Assembly: GCA_963742735.1 (NCBI GenBank)
Contig: CAVUMN010000004.1
Span: 1,408,001-1,472,000 of the forward strand
From: an uncultured Actinomycetes bacterium
Lineage (GTDB): Bacteria; Actinomycetota; UBA4738; JBBDTT01
Reading direction: 5' to 3'
DNA length: 64,000 nucleotides
The notes beneath the pieces were generated by a model. The model searched no databases. It worked only from the letters and a program-made list of their open reading frames with translations, and had not been told where the DNA came from. Within the stretch, counting starts at the first letter, position 1; each line of letters opens with the position of its first letter. The translations under genes were made by a program, and so were the position numbers. Of this stretch, positions 7,353-19,607 are shown piece after piece.

Positions 7353-9302
7353 TCAGACGAGCTCGCGAACCCGCTCGAGGGCGGAGGGGTTCTCCAGGCT
7401 CGAGAGGTCGCCGGGGTCCTCGCCCAGGGCCGTCGCCCGCAGGGCCCGGCGGAGGATCTTGGCCGACCGCGTCTTCGGAAGCTCGTCCACGAACACGATG
7501 CGCGAGGGCCGGAACGACTTGCCAAGCTGCTCGGCGACCAGGTCCTTCAGCTCGTTCGCGAGCGGTTCGTCCGGCTCCGTCCCGGGGATGGTGACGACGA
7601 AGCACCAGATCGCCTCGCCCTTGACCTCGTGGGGGACGCCCACCGCCGCGGACTCGGAGACGGCGGGGTGGTCGACCAGGGCGCTCTCGACCTCGGCCGG
7701 GCCGAGGCGCTTGCCGGCGATGTTCATCGTGTCGTCGGAGCGGCCGTGGAGGAACCAGAAGCCGTCCGCGTCGACGCTCGCCCAGTCCCCGTGCACCCAG
7801 ACGTCCGGCCACCGGCTCCAGTAGGTCTCCAGGTAGCGGTCGGGGTCGCGGTACAGCCCGCGGGTCATACCGGGCCAGGGCTTCGTGCACACCAGCTCGC
7901 CGACCTCGCCCTGGGCCACGGGCTTCCCGTCCGGCCCCCACACATCGATGGCCATGCCCAGCGACGGGCCCCGCAGGGTGCAGGCCTTCAGCTCGCTGAC
8001 GGGATAGCAGGACAGGAAGCAGGCCCCCACCTCGGTGCCGCCCGAGATGTTGATGATCGGGACGCGACCCTCGCCGACGCGGTCGAGGAGCCACAGATAG
8101 GGGTCGGGGTTCCACGGCTCGCCGGTCGAGCCGAAGATCCGCAGGCTCGAGCGGTCGTGGCTCGTGGCGTGCTCGTCGCCGGCCGGGATCAGCGCGCGGA
8201 TCAGGGTGGGGGAGACGCCGAGCACGGTGATCCGGTGCCGCTCGACCATGTCCCAGATGCGATCGGGGCCCGGGTGGTTGGGCGCGCCGTCGTAGAGGAA
8301 CACCGTCGCGCCGAGGGCGCCGGCGCCGACGATCTGCCATGGGCCCATGATCCAGCCGAGGTCGGTGAGCCAGAACAGCGTGTCCTCGGGATGCACGTCG
8401 GTCTGGTACGCGACCTCGCTGGCGATCTTCACCAGGAAACCGCCGTGGACGTGGACCGAGCCCTTCGGCCGCCCGGTGGTGCCGCTCGTGTAGGCGACGA
8501 ACAGCGGCGTCTCGGGGTCCAGGCGCTCGGTCTCGAACCGGGCCGGCTGCGCGCCGGCGAGCTCGTCCCACCGGAGGTCGCGGGCGTCGTTCCACGGCAG
8601 CCCGGTCCGTCCAAGGCGCGACCACACGACGACCTTCTCGACGGTGGGAGCGCGGTCCGCGGCCTCGTCGGCCGTCTCCTTCATCGGGACGACGTTGCCG
8701 CGCCGCGTGAAGCCGTCGGCCGTCAGCAGCACCTTCGCGCCGGCGTCCTGCAGCCGCGTGGCCACGGCCTCCGCGCCGTAGCCGCTGAAGATCGGGAGGT
8801 AGATCGCCCCCAGCTTCGCGCAGGCGAGGGTGGCCGCCACGATCTCCGGGGCCATCGGCATGAAGATGCCGACGGCGTCGCCTCGTCCCACGCCGAGCGA
8901 GCGGAGGCCGTTCGCCAGCCGGTCGGCCATCTCCCGGAGCTCGGCGTACGTCACCGAGCGGGTGACGCCCTCCTCGCCCTCCCACAGGATCGCGACCTTC
9001 TCGGGGGTGGCGGCCGCCCACCGGTCGACGGTGTTGTGGGCCAGGTTGACCGAGCCGCCCGCGAACCACGTCGACCAGGCGATCCCCCGGGAGTCGTCGA
9101 GGACCCGGTCGTACGGCTCGTAGAACTCGATGCCGAGGTCCTTCACGACCGCGTCCCAGTACCACTCGATGTCGTCCTGGGACCGGCGGAGGAGCTCGTC
9201 GAAGGACTCGATGCCGTGGGCGCGCATCAGCCGGGTGACGTTGGCGTGCTCGACGTGCGCGGCGCTCGGCCGCCACACGATCTCCACATCGGGCTCCGGC
9301 AC
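7353..9302 (-). CDS. acetate--CoA ligase / acyl-CoA synthetase
   Basis: YTSGTTGRPKG, GRSDD and PKTRSAKILRR motifs; likely GTG start at 9302 after GGGGAG. Confidence 0.9.
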   Translation of the reverse strand: MPEPDVEIVWRPSAAHVEHANVTRLMRAHGIESFDELLRRSQDDIEWYWDAVVKDLGIEFYEPYDRVLDDSRGIAWSTWFAGGSVNLAHNTVDRWAAATPEKVAILWEGEEGVTRSVTYAELREMADRLANGLRSLGVGRGDAVGIFMPMAPEIVAATLACAKLGAIYLPIFSGYGAEAVATRLQDAGAKVLLTADGFTRRGNVVPMKETADEAADRAPTVEKVVVWSRLGRTGLPWNDARDLRWDELAGAQPARFETERLDPETPLFVAYTSGTTGRPKGSVHVHGGFLVKIASEVAYQTDVHPEDTLFWLTDLGWIMGPWQIVGAGALGATVFLYDGAPNHPGPDRIWDMVERHRITVLGVSPTLIRALIPAGDEHATSHDRSSLRIFGSTGEPWNPDPYLWLLDRVGEGRVPIINISGGTEVGACFLSCYPVSELKACTLRGPSLGMAIDVWGPDGKPVAQGEVGELVCTKPWPGMTRGLYRDPDRYLETYWSRWPDVWVHGDWASVDADGFWFLHGRSDDTMNIAGKRLGPAEVESALVDHPAVSESAAVGVPHEVKGEAIWCFVVTIPGTEPDEPLANELKDLVAEQLGKSFRPSRIVFVDELPKTRSAKILRRALRATALGEDPGDLSSLENPSALERVRELV

Positions 9303-9337
9303 GGCCTCGCTCTCCCCGTTACGCTGGCGGACCAACC

Positions 9338-10648
9338 ATGCCACAAGCCTCTTCCCTTCGGAAACCAGGATCGCGCCGTCTGCGGCGCCCCGCGATCGTG
9401 CTGGCGGGCGTGCTGTCGGCGCTGATCGCGCTGGGCTCCACCTACGCGTTCGGCTACCTGTGGTACCTCCAGTCCAGCCTGAAGCGGGCGGAGGTGGAGA
9501 GGCTCCCCGAGGCGTTCGACGGCCCCCAGAACATCCTGATCCTGGGCAGCGATTCGCGGGCCAACCTGACCCCCGAGGAGCAGGAGGCCCAGGGAAGCGA
9601 GGACGACGTCCCCGGCCACCGCGCCGACACGATCATCCTGCTGCACGTCGATCCGGCGACCGGCAAGTCGGTCGTGATCCACTTCCCGCGGGACCTTCGG
9701 GTCGCGATCGCCGGGACCGGCGCGCTCAACAAGATCAACACGGCCTTCGAGGGCGGGCCCCAGCGGATGATCGACACGATCGAGGACTTCTCGGGCCTGA
9801 CCATCAACCACTACGTCGAGGTCGACTTCGCCGGGTTCAAGGGCATCGTCGACGCGATGGGCGGAGTCGACATCTGCATCGACCGGCCGTTGGTCGACCG
9901 CATCGCCGAGCTGTACCTGCCCGAGGTGGGGTGCTACCTGCTCGGCGGGAAGATGGCCCTGGCGTTCGTCCGCGCGCGCAGCGTCGAGGGCGACCTGATC
10001 CCGGACTTCTCCAGGATCGCCCGGCAGCAGCAGTTCCTGCGGGCCGTGCTGAACCGAACGTCGATCTTCAGCCTGCCCGGCGTGGCCCGGGCGGTCATCG
10101 ACAGCATCTCGGTCGACCCCGGGATCACGGTCACCGACATGTACGACATCTCGAAACGCCTGGGGAAGATCGGCACGCCCGACGTGGACTTTCGCGTGGT
10201 ACCGGGAACCCCCCAGACGATCGACGAGATCAGCTACGTGGTGCCCTACGCGGACCTGGCCGATGAGCTGTTCGCGCGGCTCCGGGAGGGCCGGCCCCTC
10301 GGGAAGGTGGGGCTCGAGCTGCCCCTGACCGAGCCCCACGCCAGCGTGAAGGTCCGGGTCCTCGACGCGGGGGGCGACGTCGAGCTGGTTCGCCAGCGGC
10401 TGATCAACGGCGGTTTCGACGTCCTGCCCACGATCCCGGCGCCTGCGGGGGATACGACCTCCGGACTCCTGTACGCGAAGAGCCGTGAGCCGGCCGCGGC
10501 GCTGGTCGCCCGATACCTGGGCAGCCTGTTCGCGTTCGAGTCGGCGCCCTCCGTCGAGCCCGCCGCGAAGGGCTTCCTGCAGGATGCCCACGTGGGCATC
10601 GTGGTCGGACCCGACTTCCCCGAGCCGGTGCGGCGGGTGGACGCATGA
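9338..10648 (+). CDS. LCP family glycopolymer transferase with LytR_C-like C-terminus
   Basis: N-terminal TM, NILILGSDSR, RADTIIL, FPRD and RIARQQQFL motifs. Confidence 0.92.
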   Translation: MPQASSLRKPGSRRLRRPAIVLAGVLSALIALGSTYAFGYLWYLQSSLKRAEVERLPEAFDGPQNILILGSDSRANLTPEEQEAQGSEDDVPGHRADTIILLHVDPATGKSVVIHFPRDLRVAIAGTGALNKINTAFEGGPQRMIDTIEDFSGLTINHYVEVDFAGFKGIVDAMGGVDICIDRPLVDRIAELYLPEVGCYLLGGKMALAFVRARSVEGDLIPDFSRIARQQQFLRAVLNRTSIFSLPGVARAVIDSISVDPGITVTDMYDISKRLGKIGTPDVDFRVVPGTPQTIDEISYVVPYADLADELFARLREGRPLGKVGLELPLTEPHASVKVRVLDAGGDVELVRQRLINGGFDVLPTIPAPAGDTTSGLLYAKSREPAAALVARYLGSLFAFESAPSVEPAAKGFLQDAHVGIVVGPDFPEPVRRVDA

Positions 10649-11708
10649 AGGCCCTGGTGCTGTCCGGCGGCGAGGGCTCGCGGCTCCGGCCGATCACCCA
10701 CACTCAGGCGAAGCAGCTCATCCCCGTGGCGAACAAGCCGATCCTGTTCTACTGCCTGGAGGCGATGCGGGACGCGGGCATCCGCGAGGTCGGCATCGTG
10801 GTCGGCCAGACCGCCGGCGAGATCCGGCACGGCCGTCGGCGACGGCTCCGCGTGGGGCCTGGAGGTCACGTATCTCCCGCAGGAGGCGCCCCTCGGCCTG
10901 GCCCACGCCGTGAAGATCGCGCGGGAGTTCATCGGCGACGAGCCGTTCGTCATGTACCTGGGCGACAACGTGCTGCTGGAGGGCGTGGCCGGCTTCGTCA
11001 AGGAGTTCGAGGCCCACTCGGCCGAACGCGCAGATCTTCCTGGCGAGGGTTCCCGAGCCGGAGCGGTTCGGCGTGGCCGTCGTCGACGGCGACCGTGCGG
11101 TGCGGCTGGTGGAGAAGCCGAAGGAGCACATCTCCGACCTGGCGCTGGTCGGCGTCTACATCTTCGACGCGACGGTGTTCGAGGCGGTCGACGCGATCGA
11201 GCCGTCGGGCCGGGGCGAGCTCGAGATCACCGACGCGATCCAGCACCTGATCGACTCCGGCCGAACCGTGCGCACGCACATGGTCACCGAGTGGTGGAAG
11301 GACACCGGCCGGCTCGAGGATCTGCTCGAGGCGAACCGGATCATGCTGGGCACGCTGGCCGGCCGGGTCGAGGGCGAGGTCGACGGGGAGTCCCGGCTGC
11401 TCGGCCCGGTGATCGTCGAGAAGGGCGCGAAGGTCGTCCGCTCCGCGATCCGCGGGCCGGCGATCATCGGCGAGGACACCGTCATCGAGGACTCGATCCT
11501 CGGGCCGTTCACGTCGATCTACTACGGCTGCCGCGTGACGGCCTCGGAGATCGAGAACTCCATCGTCATGGAGCAGTGCGTGATCCAGGACGTCCGCGCC
11601 ATCACCGACTAGCTGATCGGCAAGCGCGTCGAGGTGCGCAAGGGCGCCGAGCGCCCCGCCGCCTACCGCCTGATGCTCGGCGACCAGTCCCAGGTCCAGG
11701 TCTTCTGA
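10645..11708 (+). CDS. rmlA: glucose-1-phosphate thymidylyltransferase (long form); apparent frameshifts near 10828 and 11022, in-frame TAG at 11610
   Basis: GGEGSRLRPIT...KQLIPVANKP, YLGDN, EKP, GELEITD and WKDTG spread over three frames. Confidence 0.88.
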
Positions 11709-11761
11709 GCGTCGTTCGCGCAACCGGATCGAGCCGAGTGGGCTGTTACGCTTCGGGCACC

Positions 11762-13339
11762 GTGCGTGAGTTCCTGAAGAAGGCCCTTCCTCGCCCGCTG
11801 GTCGACTGGATCCGCCGCCGTCTGGCGGTGCGCCGGTACCTGCGGGCGATCTCGTACGAGCTGCTGGCGCGGGACACGCGGCTGGACGATCTGGAGGCGC
11901 AGATCGCGGCCCGGCGCGACGGCTTCTACGACCGGCTGGTCCTCGACGTGCTCGACCGGACCGACCTGGTCATGCAGCAGCTCGACCGCAAGATCGAGGG
12001 CGTGAACGCGCGCCACGGCGAGCGGATCGCCGACCTGGAAGCGGCCTCCGCCGAGCTGACCGAAGCCATCGGAGCGGCTGCGAACCGCCATGGAGGCGCC
12101 GGCCCGGCCGGCCTGAGCGGCGTGCGCCTGGCCTGGCTGTCGCCGCTCCCGCCGATCCCCTCCGGCATCTCCGACTACTCGGCGGAGATCCTTCCGTTCC
12201 TCGCCGAGCGGGCGGACGTCACGGCGATCTCGCCGAAGCCCAAGGGACTCTTCACCCGCCTGCATCCGCCGGAGGGCATCGCGGTGCGCCGTCCGGGTGA
12301 CGTACCGGCCCGAGGACTTCGACGCGTCGCTACTTCCACCTGGGGAACAACCCCTGGCACGAGTTCGTGTACGAGGCGTTCCTGCGCTCGCCCGGCATCG
12401 CGGTCTTCCACGACTTCGTCACCCACCACCTGGTCGCGCACCTGATGGTCGAGGCGAACCACCAGGAGGACCGCTACCTGGACATCCTGGAGGACGAGCA
12501 CGGCGAGGCCGGCACCAAGCTGTTCCGGCTGAAGCGCTACGGCGTGGCCACGGACTTCGAGAAGTTCCTGTTCCCGCTCGCCGGCTACGTGGCTCGCCGT
12601 GCGCCGGGGATCGTCGTCCACAACGCCGACTCCGCGCGAGAAGATGGCCGAGCTCGCGCCGGGCATGCCCCTGGAGGTGATCCCGCATCACGCCGGCGCC
12701 CCGCCCGCGGCGGTGGCCGGCGTCACTCGCGAGGAGGCCCGGCGGCGTCTGAAGCTTCCGACCGACGGCTTCCTGGTCGGCCACTTCGGCTTCATCACCC
12801 GCCCCAAGCAGCCCGAGGCGGTCGTGAAGGGCTTCGCCGTCCTGCATGCCGAGGATCCCTCCGCGAAGCTGGTCCTGGTGGGCGCCGACAACACCGGCGG
12901 CGGCCTGGAGCGACTGATCGATCGCGTCGGGGTGCGCGACGCGGTCCGCCACGCGGGCTTCGTGGACCTCGAGCGCTTCTACCTGTACCTGCGCGCCGTG
13001 GACGCGGTCGTCAACCTGCGCTACCCGAGCGCGGGGGAGTCAGTCCGGAACGTTCGCCCGCGCGCTGGCCGAGGGCAAGCCGACGATCGTGAACAACTAC
13101 GGCTCGTTCGCGGAGGTCCATCGCGACGTCACGCTGAAGGTCGAGATCGACGGGCCACAGGCGGAGCAGGTGGGCGAGCACCTCCTGCACCTCCGGCGCG
13201 AGCCGGCCTACCGGGCCGAGATCGCGGCGAACGCGCGGAGCCGTACGCGACCACGGTGCTCGACCCCGTCCGGTGCCGCGACCTGTACGTCGACTTCGCC
13301 GCGCGGGTGGCCGGGACGGACGTCCGGCAGCCCGTGTGA
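11762..13339 (+). CDS. GT4 glycosyltransferase with N-terminal coiled-coil; several apparent frameshifts
   Basis: SPLPPIPSGISDYS, HLGNNPWH, GFITRPK and NLRYPSAGE motifs across frames. Confidence 0.8.
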
Positions 13340-13392
13340 AGGCCCTGTGAAGGCCTCCTGACCAGCCAGGATCGGCCGGAACACCGGTCTAG

Positions 13393-14357
<965 letters not shown>

Positions 14358-14361
<4 letters not shown>

Positions 14362-15203
14362 GGATCGCGGTCACCGGCTCGAACGGCGGCCTCGGCCGGG
14401 CGTTCCTGGAGCAGGTCCCGGCGCATCACCAGGTTCACCCGTTCTCTCACGCCGAGCTCGCCGTCGAGGACTTCCACGCCGTGATGCAGACGCTGGTGCC
14501 GATCGCCCCGGAGGCGATCCTGCACTTCGCCGCGATGACCGGGGTGGACGCCTGCGAGACCGACGAGGCCCGGGCGTTCGCCGTGAACGCTGCCGGCGCG
14601 CGCAACGTCGCCGACGCGGCCCGGAGGACCGGCGCCCGCCTGCTGGCGGTCTCCACCGACTACGTGTTCGACGGGACGAAGGGCGCGGCGTACCACGAGT
14701 TCGATGGGCCGAACCCGCTCAGCGTGTACGGGCGGAGCAAGCTCGCCGGCGAGGAGGCCGTCCGCGAGCTGGCTCCCGAGGCCTGCGTCGTTCGGACCGC
14801 GTGGGTGTTCGGGGCCGGGGACGACTTCGTGACCGGGGCCGTGCGGAAGCTGGCGGCCGGCGAATCGGCGGCGGGGATCGTCGACCTGCACGGCACGCCG
14901 ACGTACGTGCGGCACCTGGCCGCGCGGCTGCTCCCCCTGCTGCGCTCGGGGCGGTCGGGGACCTTTCACCTCGGCGGGCCGGAGCGGCTGTCGTTCCACG
15001 AGCTGCTGTCGAGGGCGAAGGCGCTCGGCCATCTGGCGGGCGAGCTCACCGAGCAGAAGGCGGGCGACCTGGACCGGCCGGCGCCGCGTCCCGTGGACTC
15101 GTCGCTCGCCAGCCTGCGCGCGGACGAGGCGGGCGTGGCGCCGATGCCGCCGGTCGACGAGGCCCTCACCGACCTGCTGGAGCGGATCCGTGGCGGCGAC
15201 TGA
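14358..15203 (+). CDS. rmlD: dTDP-4-dehydrorhamnose reductase
   Basis: TGSNGGLG, STDYVFDG, YGRSKLAGE and APRP motifs. Confidence 0.9.
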
Positions 15204-16116
15204 GCTCGAGCCCGAGGTCCTGGTCCGGACCAGCGAGCCCCCGAAGCTCCGCGTCCGCCGGCGTCTGCGCGAGCTCGCCGGCCACCGCGAGATCCTCGTC
15301 AACCTGGTTCGCAAGGAGCTGAAGGTGCGCTACGCGACGAGCGCCCTCGGCGTGGCCTGGTCGATGCTCAACCCGCTCCTGTACCTGGCGGTGTTCGGCG
15401 TCGTCTTCACGTTCTTCCTGAAGTCGGGGATCCCCGACTTCCCGGTGTTCCTGCTGTCGGGGATCGTCGCCTGGACCCTGTTCTCCACGGCCGTCGGGCA
15501 GGCGACGACGTCGATCGTGGGCAACGCGAACCTGGTCTCCAAGGTGGCGTTCCCGAGAGAGATCCTTCCGCTCGCCAGCATCGGGGCCGCGTTGGTCAAC
15601 TCGGCGTTCCAGCTGCTGGTCCTGTTCGCGTTCATCCTCGTCATCGGGCACCCCGTCCTCGGCTGGAATCTCGTCCTGCTCCCGCTGGCCTTCGTGGTCC
15701 TCCTGCTGTTCACCGCCGCGATGGCGTTCCTCGTCTCCGCCTTCAACGTGCGCTATCGCGACACCCAGCATCTGGTCGAGCTCGGACTCCTCGCGTGGTT
15801 CTGGGTAACCCCGATCGTGTACCCGGCCGGAGCCATCGCGACCAGGTTCGCCGACGCCGGTTGGTCCTTCGACCTCTACCTGATCAACCCCATGACGGAC
15901 ATCGTCATGGGGTTCCAGCGCGCGCTGTACGGCGCGACCGCCGTCGGAACCGAGGGGGGCAAGTTCGCCGAGAAGGGACAGGCGATCCTGCCGAACGGCA
16001 CACTCGACTACTACGCGGTGCGGCTGGGGATCGTCGGTCTGGCGTCCCTCGTGCTGCTGTTCCTGTCCTGGCGGTTCTTCTTCAACCGGTCGGGCGACTT
16101 CGCGGAGGAGCTGTGA
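15190..16116 (+). CDS. wzm: ABC-2 polysaccharide exporter permease
   Basis: KVRY...LGVAWSMLNPL, KVAFPRE and TPIVYP motifs; multiple TMs. Confidence 0.9.
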   Translation: MAATELEPEVLVRTSEPPKLRVRRRLRELAGHREILVNLVRKELKVRYATSALGVAWSMLNPLLYLAVFGVVFTFFLKSGIPDFPVFLLSGIVAWTLFSTAVGQATTSIVGNANLVSKVAFPREILPLASIGAALVNSAFQLLVLFAFILVIGHPVLGWNLVLLPLAFVVLLLFTAAMAFLVSAFNVRYRDTQHLVELGLLAWFWVTPIVYPAGAIATRFADAGWSFDLYLINPMTDIVMGFQRALYGATAVGTEGGKFAEKGQAILPNGTLDYYAVRLGIVGLASLVLLFLSWRFFFNRSGDFAEEL

Positions 16117-17294
16117 GCCCGCCGACCATCGCCATCGAGGGCATCTCCAAGCGCTTCAACCTGTACGCCGAGAAGGCCTCGAGCCTGAAGGAGCGCATCG
16201 TCCGGCTTCGGCGCTCGAAGGCCCGCGAGTTCTGGGCCCTGCAGGACGTCTCCTACGACATCCCCGCCGGGCGCACCGTCGGGCTTGTCGGCGCGAACGG
16301 GTCCGGCAAGACCACGCTCCTCAAGGTGATCGGCGGGATCATCCGGCCCACGGCCGGGACGGTGACCACGCGTGGCCGCATCGCGGCCCTCCTGGAGCTC
16401 GGGGCCGGCTTCCATCCGGAGCTCACCGGCCGCGAGAACGTCTACCTGAACGCGTCGATCCTCGGCCTCACCAAGAAGGAGACCGACCGGCACTTCGACG
16501 AGATCGTCGCCTTCGCCGAGCTCGAGTCGTTCATCGACCAGCAGGTCAAGTACTACTCGAGCGGCATGTTCGTGCGGCTCGGCTTCGCCGTGGCGGTCCA
16601 CGTCGACCCACAGATCCTGCTGGTGGACGAGGTCCTGGCGGTCGGCGACGAGGGGTTCCAGCGCAAGTGCATCGAGCGCGTCAAGCAGTTCCAGGCCGAG
16701 GGCCGCACGATCGTCTTCGTGACCCACGCCGTGGACCTGGTCCGGCGCATCTGCGACGAGGCGATCATGCTCGACCACGGCAAGGTCGCGGCCTCCGGCG
16801 AGGTCGACTCGGTGATCTCTGAGCTGCGAACCATCCTGTTGCAGCAGCACGCGTACTACGCCGGCGAGGAGGGCACCCGCGACCTGGAGATCGTGAGCGC
16901 CGAGGTCTACGACGAGCAGGGCCGCACCGGCGCCGCCTTTCACCCCGGCGACACCGTCGTCGTCCAGGTCGACCTGAAGGCCAACAAGCCCGTGGAGAAC
17001 CCGGTCATCTCCATCGGGCTCACCGACGGCGACGACCAGTTCGTGTTCGGCACCAACACCGACTGGCGGCAGCAGCGGTGGCCCGTGTTCGAGGGCAAGC
17101 AGCGGGTGAAGTTCATCCTTCGCGGCATCCCGTTCGTCGAGGGCCGGTATTCGGTGACCCTGGGGGCGCACTCGCGCGACGTGAGCACCGTCTACCACTC
17201 CCTGGAGAACCGCTTCTTCTTCGACGTGTCCCGCGGCGAGGAGAACACCGGCCGGGTGTTCATTCCCGTCGAGGTTCAGGTCGAGCCCCTGTGA
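16113..17294 (+). CDS. wzt: polysaccharide ABC exporter ATPase with C-terminal Wzt_C carbohydrate-binding domain
   Basis: GANGSGKT, YSSGM, DEVLAVGD; about 150-aa beta-rich C-terminal extension. Confidence 0.92.
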   Translation: MSPPTIAIEGISKRFNLYAEKASSLKERIVRLRRSKAREFWALQDVSYDIPAGRTVGLVGANGSGKTTLLKVIGGIIRPTAGTVTTRGRIAALLELGAGFHPELTGRENVYLNASILGLTKKETDRHFDEIVAFAELESFIDQQVKYYSSGMFVRLGFAVAVHVDPQILLVDEVLAVGDEGFQRKCIERVKQFQAEGRTIVFVTHAVDLVRRICDEAIMLDHGKVAASGEVDSVISELRTILLQQHAYYAGEEGTRDLEIVSAEVYDEQGRTGAAFHPGDTVVVQVDLKANKPVENPVISIGLTDGDDQFVFGTNTDWRQQRWPVFEGKQRVKFILRGIPFVEGRYSVTLGAHSRDVSTVYHSLENRFFFDVSRGEENTGRVFIPVEVQVEPL

Positions 17295-18289
17295 GGGTCC
17301 TCGTCGTCGCCCCGTACCCGCCCCGGCGGGACGGCATCGCCTCCTACGCCGCGGTCCAGGTCCAGCGCCTGCGCGAGGCCGGGCACGCCGTGACCGTCCT
17401 CTCGCCGCCGGACGGCGGCGGCGACGTGAAGGCAGAGTTCGTGGGGGGCGACGCGTTCCGTCGGGCCGCCGCCCTGGCCCCGGGCCACGACCGGGTCCTG
17501 GTGCACTTCCAGCCGAGCCTCTACTACCGCCCTCGCGCGCCGCTCTCGAAGATCGCCACGTCGCGCGCGCTGCTCTCGCTGTGCCGCCGCCGGAACGTCG
17601 AGGTCCTGGTCCATGAGGCCGATCCGCCGAAGCTGTGGCGTCCGGATTACGCCCTGCTGGCGGCGGCGTTTCGCCGGGCCCCGCGGCTGTGGTTCCACAC
17701 GATCGCCGAGCAGGCGGCCCTGGAACGCGGCTACCGCGTGCGAACCCGCGGCGCCCTGGTTCGGCATCGGGACGGCATCCGCGTGCAGGCGATCGGCCGC
17801 GACGAAGCCCGCCGCCGGCTCGGGCTCGACCCGGACGAGCCGCTGTTTGTGTGCCCGGGGTTCGTCCACTCGGACAAGGGGTTCGACCGAGCGGTCGAGG
17901 CCTTCGCCCGGGCGGGGGAGGGGACGCTGGTCGTCGTCGGCTCGGTGCGGGAGGCCACGCCCGCCAACGTCACGTACGCTTCCAGGCTTCGCGAGGCGTG
18001 CGCGGCCACGCCGGGGGCGTCGTGGCGCGAGGGGTTCGTCTCCGACGCCGACCTGGACGCGTGGATCGTCGCCGCCGACGCGGTGGTGTTGCCGTACCGC
18101 CGGTCGTGGTCGTCCGGCATGCTGGCGAGGGCCCAGGCCCTGGGGACGCCGGCGATCGTGGCTCGCGTCGGGGGGCTGCCCGAGCAGGCGGAGGATGCAG
18201 ACGTGGTGTTCGACACGGACCGGGAACTGGAGATCGCCCTGCGCGACGCCGTGGCCCGGGCCACCGGCCGCCTTCGGGAGGCGCGTTGA
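17291..18289 (+). CDS. GT4 glycosyltransferase
   Basis: PYPPRRDGIASY, GFVHSDKG, LPY and VGGLPE motifs. Confidence 0.85.
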   Translation: MRVLVVAPYPPRRDGIASYAAVQVQRLREAGHAVTVLSPPDGGGDVKAEFVGGDAFRRAAALAPGHDRVLVHFQPSLYYRPRAPLSKIATSRALLSLCRRRNVEVLVHEADPPKLWRPDYALLAAAFRRAPRLWFHTIAEQAALERGYRVRTRGALVRHRDGIRVQAIGRDEARRRLGLDPDEPLFVCPGFVHSDKGFDRAVEAFARAGEGTLVVVGSVREATPANVTYASRLREACAATPGASWREGFVSDADLDAWIVAADAVVLPYRRSWSSGMLARAQALGTPAIVARVGGLPEQAEDADVVFDTDRELEIALRDAVARATGRLREAR

Positions 18290-18741
18290 GCGACCCGATG
18301 GCGTTCGACTTCGAGGCGGCCGAACGCCATCCGGAACCCGACCCACACCAACGGAGGAGACGAATCGTGCTGATCGTCCTGATCCTTTTCTCGGTGACCC
18401 TGGCGGCCACGGCGCAGCTCGTTCTGAAGGCCGGGATGGACAAGGTCGGCGCGATCGGCAAGGCCGACGTCGCCAGCCCGCTCACCACCATCGCCCGCGC
18501 CGCGCGGTTCCCCCAGGTGTGGATCGGCCTGGCGCTGTTCGGGGTGTCGGCGGCGTTCTGGCTGGTCGTGCTGTCGCGGGCGTCCCTGTCGTTCGCCTAC
18601 CCGTTCGCCGCGCTCACGTACGCCCTGATCCTGTTCGCCGACAAGTTCATCCTGGACAACCCCGTCCCCGGGCTGCGGTGGGTCGGCGTGGTGTTCATCG
18701 CCACCGGGATCATCCTGGTCTCGCGGACTCCCCACACATGA
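18286..18741 (+). CDS. small 4-TM DMT/EamA protein (ArnE/F-like flippase)
   Basis: AQLVLKAG and LSRASLSFAYP motifs; four hydrophobic helices. Confidence 0.8.
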   Translation: MSDPMAFDFEAAERHPEPDPHQRRRRIVLIVLILFSVTLAATAQLVLKAGMDKVGAIGKADVASPLTTIARAARFPQVWIGLALFGVSAAFWLVVLSRASLSFAYPFAALTYALILFADKFILDNPVPGLRWVGVVFIATGIILVSRTPHT

Positions 18742-19607
18742 CCGAGTCGCCTCGGCGGCCGTCGGTCTCGGTCGTCGTCGTCAACTTCAACGCCGGCGAC
18801 CACCTGCGGCGGTGCCTTCGCTCGGTGCTGGAGTTCTCGGGTGACGCACCCGTCGACGTGGTGGTCGTGGACAACGCCTCCATCGACGGCAGCGCCGACG
18901 CCGCGGAGTCCGGGTTCCCGGGGGTGCGCGTCATCCGCAACGACGTGAACGTGGGGTTCGCCACGGCGGCCAATCGGGGGATCCAGGCAACGGCCACCCG
19001 GTACGTCTTCCTGCTCAACCCCGACGCGGAGGTCCACGCGGGGACCCTCGCCGGGCTGGTGAAGGTGGCCGAGGAACGTCCTCGCGCGGGCGCGATCGGC
19101 GTCCTCGTCCGGACCCCGGAAGGAGAGATCTATCCGTCGGCGCGCCGGACCCCCTCGCTGGTGACGGGGCTCGGGCACGCCTTCCTCGGCCTGTTCGATC
19201 CCGACAACCGGTTCACCCGCGCCTACACCATGGCCGACTGGGACCGCGGCTCGGAGCGCGAGGTCGACTGGGTGAGCGGCTCCGCCGTCTTGCTCCGTCG
19301 CGAGGCCCTCGACCGCGTCCGCGGCTTCGACGAGGGCTACTTCATGTACGTCGAGGATCTCGACCTGTCCACGCGCCTGCGCCGGGCCGGCTGGGAGATC
19401 CGGTTCTCCCCGGAGCTGGAGGTCGTCCACGTCGGAGGGGTCTCCACCGGGCGCTCCCGCCGGATGTTCCTGGAGCACGGCCGCAGCGCGTACCGGTACT
19501 TCGTGAAGTTCCGGTCGCCGGGGCCGATGGCCCTCCTGCGCCCGCCGGCCCGGCTGGCCTTCTGGCTGCGGGCCCGGCTCGCCGCCCGGAAGCTGGGCCG
19601 TCCGTGA
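18738..19607 (+). CDS. GT2 rhamnosyltransferase, WbbL-like
   Basis: VVDNASIDGS, NVGFATAAN, LLNPD, WVSGS and FDEGYFMYVED; precedes the GDP-mannose synthase as in actinobacterial synteny. Confidence 0.85.
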   Translation: MTESPRRPSVSVVVVNFNAGDHLRRCLRSVLEFSGDAPVDVVVVDNASIDGSADAAESGFPGVRVIRNDVNVGFATAANRGIQATATRYVFLLNPDAEVHAGTLAGLVKVAEERPRAGAIGVLVRTPEGEIYPSARRTPSLVTGLGHAFLGLFDPDNRFTRAYTMADWDRGSEREVDWVSGSAVLLRREALDRVRGFDEGYFMYVEDLDLSTRLRRAGWEIRFSPELEVVHVGGVSTGRSRRMFLEHGRSAYRYFVKFRSPGPMALLRPPARLAFWLRARLAARKLGRP

